Shown: one piece after another, positions 57,798 through 64,000 of the stretch
How the letters are laid out: each line of letters starts with the position of its first letter
Numbering within the stretch: position 1 is the first letter of the stretch
Assembly: GCA_017408585.1 (NCBI GenBank)
Contig: JAFQUJ010000017.1
Coordinates: forward strand, 36,782-100,781
From: Clostridia bacterium
Lineage (GTDB): Bacteria > Bacillota > Clostridia > Oscillospirales > CAG-272
Length of the DNA stretch: 64,000 nucleotides
Direction of reading: 5' to 3'
Translations under genes and position numbers: made by a program
The notes under the pieces: model-generated
What the model was told of the DNA's origin: nothing
What the model saw: the letters and a program-made list of their open reading frames with translations, nothing else
Database searches by the model: none

Positions 57798-57826
57798 ATT
57801 ATATGTGAAACTTTTTCCAATTTCAA
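57798..57826 (-). promoter_or_regulatory. Sigma-A promoter upstream of the structured segment
   Basis: TTGAAA (57826-57821), 17 bp, TATAAT (57803-57798). Confidence 0.6.
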
Positions 57827-57987
57827 TAGACTTCATTCTCTTTTCGATAACTCTTCACAAAACTTTCACATTAATGTATATTTCATCACATAACTACTAT
57901 ATTTCTATACTAGATATAGCTATTTTGTAGTATCTATCTCTTGATATTCTTGTAATATTTATATTTTAGTAATATATGATAAAACAA

Positions 57988-58015
57988 CAAAAGCAAGGCT
58001 TGCGCCTTGCTTTTG
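57988..58015 (-). terminator. Intrinsic terminator
   Basis: CAAAAGCAAGGC-TTGC-GCCTTGCTTTTG. Confidence 0.75.
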
Positions 58016-58047
58016 GAAGCTTTATTAAGATTTAGAGCTTACCTAGA

Positions 58048-61000
58048 TTAGTTAGCCTTTGTGATAACAACCTCGCCACCGTCGGGAACTGCGTCAAAGT
58101 AGAGTGTTCCGTTGATGATTGTGCAAGCCATATCCTCAGCCATATTAGGCTTATATAAGCTTGGATCAACAACAGGAATGTTAACGCCGTTTTGTGTAAC
58201 GGTTACATTTGTCCAGCCCTGTGGAAGTGTCATCTTAAGGGTTAGTGGGAACTGGAACATAATATCGTCGAGATCGTCTGTTACTGTGAGTGAAATGCTT
58301 GTATCCGTGGTTGTCATTTGGTTAACATATGCTCTGTGGCTCTCTCTTATATACTGAGTTCCCTCTGTGAAGGATGCTACCCATACGCCCTTGGTGATGA
58401 AGTAGTCAAGCTTAACGAGGAATGCGTTTATATCAGTAGAGAATTGAGGAGTAGCCTTTGACACGCTGAGGTCATGGTGACACTCAACTGTCCAATAGTT
58501 GTTTTTAACAAGCTCGTCGATTGCCTTCTTGTAATCGTCGCCTGTTGTGGTTGTATAGGATACATAAGAGGATAGGTTACCCCATTGCTCTCTTGTCTTG
58601 AGCTCGTCAACATTCTTAATCCATGAGCCTGTTTGACCACCGTTACGGCCGGCTGCCATAAGGTCGTTTACATAATCAGCCATAGCGTCACTTGTCGCAC
58701 CGTTAGGTGTTACAAAGCCAAGAATTCTTTGACCGGGGAAGTAGCTCATAAACTTGTAGTGAGCCTCGTCAACCTCTTTTGCCATGGTTGCCTCGTCGAT
58801 TGTTGCATCGCTAAATCCGTCACCGTGGTTGAGTGAGTGAGATGCAACATCCCACGCACCGGTTGAGATCCATTCTGTCCACTCTGCGATAAGCGAGCTT
58901 GAGAATTGGTCTGTAAGACCGGCTGTCGCCTTCATGTGTCTCTTTACGAGCTCAGGTGTTGCCCATTCGTAGGTTGCGGTATAGTTACCGTCGTCAAATA
59001 CCATTGTCCATGCAGCAGGAGCGTTATGGTAGTATCTTGTGATTTCAATATTTCCAACTGATGACGAGCCAACGCTTGCAGAAACTGCCTCTCTGTAGCT
59101 TGCGGTACAGCCCGATACGATACACATGTGCTTTTCGTAGTTTACATTGCCCTCAGTTTCCTTGATGGCGTTGCCCCATGTGTGATCCTTAACATCTGTT
59201 GAGTCTGTCTTCCATGTGAGATCACAGCTTACGCACTTAAATACAGAATAGCCGGGAGTTCTACATGTTGGAGCAACTGTTTCTACAGGATCTGGCTGTG
59301 CAAACTTGTGCAAGCACTCTGTGCTCTTAGGAAGCTCTGTTGCTACCTCTGCTACTGTATATGGGGTAATATCGTAAATGTACGCACCAAAGATTGCAGG
59401 TTCCTTTACGATTTCAACACGGAACTTAGAATGATAATCGCCAACATCTGTTGTGAAGGTTGCAATACCTGTTTGTGACGAGGTTTCAAGAACCTCTATT
59501 CTGGTGTATTCTTCCCAATATCCGCCCTTTTCGTAAGAGGAATCCTCTACCCAGAACTGAAGGGACATAACTCTTCCTGCGTCCTTTGCACAAACGATGT
59601 CAATGTACGCAAGATATTGCTCTTGTGGGAACTCGAAGGAAGCGTAAACCTTCTTTCTCTCGTTCCACTCAAGGTCGTCATAGTTTACCTCACCCTCGCC
59701 TGTTGTAGCAACAACAGAGGTGATTGTGTGGTGATCCTTGTTTTCATCTACGCCATAGTTGTCAACCTCGACACGAAGCATAACAACATCTTCAATCGAG
59801 CCTGCGCTTTCAACGCCGTCGGGATCCTTTACGACAGGAATAAATTCAAATGATCCGCCAAAGCTACTATCAATTTCCTTAACGCCAAGGCTTATCCATT
59901 CGTTCTTAAGCTCCTGAATGGTTTCCTTGATAGGATTGCCCTCAGAGTCCTTCATTACCTCGCCTGTGGTTGGGTCTTTTTTATCTACAACCTTGTCTTG
60001 CATATAGCCACGGCAAACGAGAACCTCAATGGTTTCGCCAACGAGCTTATCTGCATTTACAACCACCTTGGAGATGGTTTGCTTATTATCAACTGTATAA
60101 TCCTCGCTCCAGAAGGTTGTGTGTGAGGATCTATTGTACTCCTTATAATCCTCCCATCTACGAGCATCAGTACACCAAGAGGTCTGAGTGCTGTTATCCA
60201 AGAGGTTTGCATGGCTGGAGTTAACCCATGAGTTGTATGAGCCTGTAATCTTACCACCGGCAAGAGCAGAAATAGAGGTAGGTACTCTACCAAACTTTTC
60301 AACCTTACCATACACCTGAAGCTCATAAATCATAGCGGGTGTGTAACGGGTTGCGTGAGTTACTGTTGCTCTGATTTGGTCTGCCTTGTAAATTCTGTCA
60401 AGCTCAAGAGCTACAACAGCGTTCTTTGATAGAGAATCTCTTACATCGCTGTCGGAAACTGTTCCAACCTTAATCCATTCTCCGTTTTCGAGAACCTCAA
60501 CATCGTATTTAACGGTTGCGTCCTCGCCGAGCTTCCATGCCCAATAGTTAGGAATTGTAAACTCGATAACTGCAATGTCAAAGGTGGAAGCGAGCTTCAA
60601 ATTGAATACATCGCCCGAGTATTCGCTTCTGTTTGTAAGAGTATCAGCTCTCCAATATGTGTTTGGTCTGCCGTCAATTGCGTTTGCGGCGGTGGTTATT
60701 CTATAAAGCGATGTCGCAGATGCGCTTGCGGTTTCATTTACGCCTACATAAATTTGGCCGTCAACGATAACCTGCTTAATTGGAAGTGTTGCGTATTCGT
60801 CAATCTTGTCTGGAAGAAGGTCCCTAAATTCAAGGCTTCCGCAGACAACACAGGCTCTCTTCTCTTGACCATAAGCATAATCGGTTTGAGCCTTTACAAG
60901 TATCCATTTTGGTGAATAGTTGTGATAATCGAGCTTTGCAACGACGTCTGTCTTTTCCTCGTAAGGACAACCCTTTCTTGTACAATGCGTGAGAGTATAG

Positions 61001-61506
61001 CCCTCCGACTTACAGGTAGGAGCAACAGGGTCCTCTGTCTTCATTTTGTGGCCAAGAGGCTGTTGCAGAGTCGTTGTTTTTGTGTAGCCACACATAATGT
61101 TGGTGCATCTTTCAATAAGAACACCGGGCTCTGTACAGGTTGCCTCGGTAAGTCCTGCAGACTCTAGCATTGGGTGAAGACACGGTGGAATTTCAGTCCA
61201 TTGTGCGTAAAGCACCATGTCCTCATCTACCTTAGTAGTGGATTTTACATCCTTTCCGTCCTCTGTTTTCCAGCCGTCAAAGGTAAATCCATCTCTTGCA
61301 GGAGTTGGAAGCTTTCCTATTCTGCCACCCTCCTCGATCTCTCGATCCTCGATTGGTGTTGCGCCCTCGTAGCCAAGGTCAAAGCTGACAACAAAGGTAT
61401 CAAGCTCCTCCTCACCCGACGAGGTTTCCTCGTCACCGCCACAGGATACGAGCACCATCATAAAGGCAAGCAAAATAGTTAAAAGCACTAATAATTTCTT
61501 TTTCAT
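58048..61506 (-). CDS. Modular lipoprotein: InlB-B/Flg_new repeat, Cys/His repeats, discoidin-like domains, C-terminal NodB-type polysaccharide deacetylase, 1152 aa
   Basis: Lipobox LVSC; LPTPARDGFTFDGW...LYAQW; PTC..G..C..C repeats; NAIDG.PNTYW; FDDG and SHSLNH. Confidence 0.8.
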   Translation of the reverse strand: MKKKLLVLLTILLAFMMVLVSCGGDEETSSGEEELDTFVVSFDLGYEGATPIEDREIEEGGRIGKLPTPARDGFTFDGWKTEDGKDVKSTTKVDEDMVLYAQWTEIPPCLHPMLESAGLTEATCTEPGVLIERCTNIMCGYTKTTTLQQPLGHKMKTEDPVAPTCKSEGYTLTHCTRKGCPYEEKTDVVAKLDYHNYSPKWILVKAQTDYAYGQEKRACVVCGSLEFRDLLPDKIDEYATLPIKQVIVDGQIYVGVNETASASATSLYRITTAANAIDGRPNTYWRADTLTNRSEYSGDVFNLKLASTFDIAVIEFTIPNYWAWKLGEDATVKYDVEVLENGEWIKVGTVSDSDVRDSLSKNAVVALELDRIYKADQIRATVTHATRYTPAMIYELQVYGKVEKFGRVPTSISALAGGKITGSYNSWVNSSHANLLDNSTQTSWCTDARRWEDYKEYNRSSHTTFWSEDYTVDNKQTISKVVVNADKLVGETIEVLVCRGYMQDKVVDKKDPTTGEVMKDSEGNPIKETIQELKNEWISLGVKEIDSSFGGSFEFIPVVKDPDGVESAGSIEDVVMLRVEVDNYGVDENKDHHTITSVVATTGEGEVNYDDLEWNERKKVYASFEFPQEQYLAYIDIVCAKDAGRVMSLQFWVEDSSYEKGGYWEEYTRIEVLETSSQTGIATFTTDVGDYHSKFRVEIVKEPAIFGAYIYDITPYTVAEVATELPKSTECLHKFAQPDPVETVAPTCRTPGYSVFKCVSCDLTWKTDSTDVKDHTWGNAIKETEGNVNYEKHMCIVSGCTASYREAVSASVGSSSVGNIEITRYYHNAPAAWTMVFDDGNYTATYEWATPELVKRHMKATAGLTDQFSSSLIAEWTEWISTGAWDVASHSLNHGDGFSDATIDEATMAKEVDEAHYKFMSYFPGQRILGFVTPNGATSDAMADYVNDLMAAGRNGGQTGSWIKNVDELKTREQWGNLSSYVSYTTTTGDDYKKAIDELVKNNYWTVECHHDLSVSKATPQFSTDINAFLVKLDYFITKGVWVASFTEGTQYIRESHRAYVNQMTTTDTSISLTVTDDLDDIMFQFPLTLKMTLPQGWTNVTVTQNGVNIPVVDPSLYKPNMAEDMACTIINGTLYFDAVPDGGEVVITKAN

Positions 61507-61541
61507 AATTTGCCTCGGTTTATTATTTTTATTTTGTTAAC

Positions 61542-61570
61542 TTGACCCCCTCGAATAACAAGGGGGTCAA
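61542..61570 (-). terminator. Hairpin between the two lipoprotein genes (terminator or stabiliser)
   Basis: TTGACCCCCT...AGGGGGTCAA. Confidence 0.55.
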
Positions 61571-61583
61571 TTCTTCTGCTATA

Positions 61584-62693
61584 TTATTCCTCTTCTGGAG
61601 CAACTGCAATTGCAATCTCTCTAAAGAGCTCCTCACCATTTCTTGTGGTTGGGAAAACGATTTTAATACCCATAAGAGGTTGATCGTCCATTGTTCTGTC
61701 GATACAATATGCAGTTTCCTTTGTACCGTTGGTGCTTTCGAGATAGCCTGTTGCTGCAGGGTCAGCTCTGAAGTCTTCCTCTGCTGCGTACCAGAAATAA
61801 ATCTCAAACTTACTTGAGTTACCACCGTCACGGTCACCAAGTCCACAAACACTCATTGCGAGCTGGTCAATCTCTGATGGTGTATTGAAGATAAGCTGAA
61901 TTGTAAGAGGTCCACCACCCTTAGGTGCGCAACCCTTATTGTTAGGACCTGTGTCCCACTTACCGTCTGTTAGGTTAGCAGGCCACTCAGCCATACCTGG
62001 CCATGCACCTGCCTCAAGTGTGCATGTCATTGTTGCATATGATGTAATATTTTGAAGCTGTTTTGTTTCGGTGTACTCACAGCCCTCTCTGTGACACTTT
62101 CTCTGTCTTGCAAGAGCGATGTATGTCCAACCACCATCGTCAACTGCGCCCTCTTCTACCCATTGGTGACCAAGAGCCGGGTTTTGTGACTTGTAAACTG
62201 CGTCACTTGTTGAGTAACGGCAAACCTCACAGGTCATTGTCTTTGTTCCGTCTGCATCACAGGTTGCAGGGGTTGTTTCTGTTACCCATCTGTGTCCTGA
62301 GGTGTTACAGTTGTGTGTTGGCTCAGATGGTGTATCGTCGCCTGTTGAAGCCTTAACGAACCAAGCATAAAGCGTTGCGTCCTCTGTTGGCTTCCATGAT
62401 GACTTGATCTTGTCAAGTTCAGCCAAAGCATCTGGGTCCTCTTGGAGCAATGCGAAATCGTCCTCGCTGAACCAGCCCTTGAAGGTGTAGCCATCAAGAG
62501 AAGGCTTTGGAAGAGTTCCTATCTTCGCTCCGGCATCTACATCTCTTTCGTCCTCGTCACAGTCTGCATCAAACTCGGAGTAGTCAAATGTGATAACTAC
62601 GCTCTCAGGCTCTTTTTCGCCACAAGAAACTGCAGCAAAAACAAGCACAAATGCAAAAACGAGACACATTAAAATTTTAAGTGTGTTTTTCAT
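61584..62693 (-). CDS. Lipoprotein with InlB-B repeat, Cys/His repeats and a discoidin-like C-terminus, 369 aa
   Basis: Lipobox AVSC; LPKPSLDGYTFKGW, LYAWF, PATCDADG and NLTDG.W. Confidence 0.8.
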   Translation of the reverse strand: MKNTLKILMCLVFAFVLVFAAVSCGEKEPESVVITFDYSEFDADCDEDERDVDAGAKIGTLPKPSLDGYTFKGWFSEDDFALLQEDPDALAELDKIKSSWKPTEDATLYAWFVKASTGDDTPSEPTHNCNTSGHRWVTETTPATCDADGTKTMTCEVCRYSTSDAVYKSQNPALGHQWVEEGAVDDGGWTYIALARQRKCHREGCEYTETKQLQNITSYATMTCTLEAGAWPGMAEWPANLTDGKWDTGPNNKGCAPKGGGPLTIQLIFNTPSEIDQLAMSVCGLGDRDGGNSSKFEIYFWYAAEEDFRADPAATGYLESTNGTKETAYCIDRTMDDQPLMGIKIVFPTTRNGEELFREIAIAVAPEEE

Positions 62694-63103
62694 TTTTAAA
62701 ACTCCTTATAAATTCCACTATAGTGGTTTATTTTGCTTTTTTATTATAACTCTAAAAACAGAAAAAGTCAATAGTGGTCAGCTCGTGGCGAGCTTTTTTG
62801 TAGGATTGCACAAAATTTTAAACAATTTGGGGTGGGCAAAAATTCGTTTTTTGTGCATTTTGCCTATTGAGAGAATAAAACTTCAGACAAAATTCGACCT
62901 TGGATTTTTTCGATTTTCATCATTAAATTAATATAAAAAACAAAAGCGAGATAGGAAAATTCCCTCTCGCCCTTTGTTTTAGTTAAATTGTAATGCTACA
63001 CACTCGACGCGGGTCGAGAGCCAAATTCCGCTTTCGTGTAGCCGAAATTGCCATACTCTCACGAAGCAAATTTATTCACTCCGCACTCAGCGTTCCGCAT
63101 TCC

Positions 63104-64000
63104 TCATTCCACTGTGTAGCCACAGGCAGTTATTGCGTTCTTTAGAGCTTGCATATCTACCTCGCCATCAACAGAGATTTTTACAATGCTCTTTTTATGG
63201 TTGGGCTTTGCTTCCTTTACGCCCTCGATTGCCTCAAGCGCACTTTTAACTCTTGCCTCACAATGTGGGCACATCATTCCACTTACCTTTAATACAATTG
63301 ACATTTCGTCGTCCTCCTCGTCGATTTCGTTTTCGATATTTTCATTTTTATCTAATTTTAACATTTTAAAGAAATTCAATCTTAGCGCATTTGTCACCAC
63401 GCAAACGCTTGACAGGCTCATAGCAAGAGCGCCTATCATTGGACTAAGGGTAAAGCCTATGCCGGCAAGAGCGCCCGATGCGATTGGAATTGCAATCACA
63501 TTATAGAAAAACGCCCAAAACAGATTTTGTCTTATGTTCCTTAGCGTTGCGCGTCCCAGCCTTATGGCGTTGCACACATCAAGGAGCGAGCTTTTTATTA
63601 TAACCACCTCGGCTGTATCGATTGCGACATCTGTGCCTGCGCCGATTGCCACGCCGATATCTGCGCTTGCAAGAGCGGGAGCGTCATTTATTCCGTCGCC
63701 GACCATCATAACTCTGCCATCTGCCTTAAGGGTGCGTATCGCGCTTTCCTTTTCGCTTGGGAGCACTCCCGCAATCACGCTATCAATTCCCGCCTCGTGT
63801 GCGATTGCCTTAGCTGTGCGCTCGTTATCTCCCGTTATCATAACCACTCGAACCTTGTTCGCCTTTAGCCACGAGATCGCCTGTGCGCTATCGTCCTTTA
63901 AGGTGTCGGCGATAGCAATTATTCCTATAAATTGCTCGCCATGAGCAAAGAACAGGGGCGTTTTGCCACTATCAGCTAGCGTGAGGGCATGATTTATAAA
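63104..64000 (-). CDS. copA: Heavy-metal (Cu+) P1B-type ATPase with C-terminal HMA domain (5' part outside window)
   Basis: Frame open to the window end; TGDN, GDGINDAPAL, YN, MSLSS and GMMCPHC. Confidence 0.88.
   Translation of the reverse strand, partial: FINHALTLADSGKTPLFFAHGEQFIGIIAIADTLKDDSAQAISWLKANKVRVVMITGDNERTAKAIAHEAGIDSVIAGVLPSEKESAIRTLKADGRVMMVGDGINDAPALASADIGVAIGAGTDVAIDTAEVVIIKSSLLDVCNAIRLGRATLRNIRQNLFWAFFYNVIAIPIASGALAGIGFTLSPMIGALAMSLSSVCVVTNALRLNFFKMLKLDKNENIENEIDEEDDEMSIVLKVSGMMCPHCEARVKSALEAIEGVKEAKPNHKKSIVKISVDGEVDMQALKNAITACGYTVE

Overview
This is a chromosomal window, probably from an uncultured gut or rumen Clostridia-type Firmicute (inferred from gene content, sigma-A promoters and lipoprotein signal peptides). 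No rRNA, tRNA, CRISPR, transposase or integrase was recognised. Housekeeping genes (ptsI, frameshifted pyk, rmuC, cysE, holA, rnmV, xylAB, a CopA-like ATPase) are interspersed with four accessory blocks. (1) 1-16.4 kb: a minus-strand operon resembling a non-canonical type VII (ESX-like) system, with an apparently soluble FtsK/EccC-like ATPase, a second single-domain FtsK bracketed by exact 77-bp direct repeats, five ~85-100 aa WXG100-like proteins (W-x-D rather than WXG), a WXG-like/C39-peptidase effector with a putative immunity gene, and two giant membrane-anchored BspA-type LRR proteins with near-identical N-termini. (2) 17.2-25.9 kb: a WYL regulator, a methylase-less SNF2/DarB-like helicase, a MoxR AAA+, a HExxH/vWA protein and a convergent soluble FtsH-like protease. 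The two transcription units share a duplicated two-part promoter architecture, which makes this a candidate WYL-controlled defence or stress system. (3) 37.9-41.7 kb: a cassette-like array of five exported or lipoprotein genes punctuated by four copies of a ~60-bp hairpin-plus-RBS repeat. (4) 46.4-57.5 kb: a MoxR-DUF58-vWA-vWA operon with a large acidic coiled-coil membrane protein, preceded by a promoter-driven structured non-coding segment.
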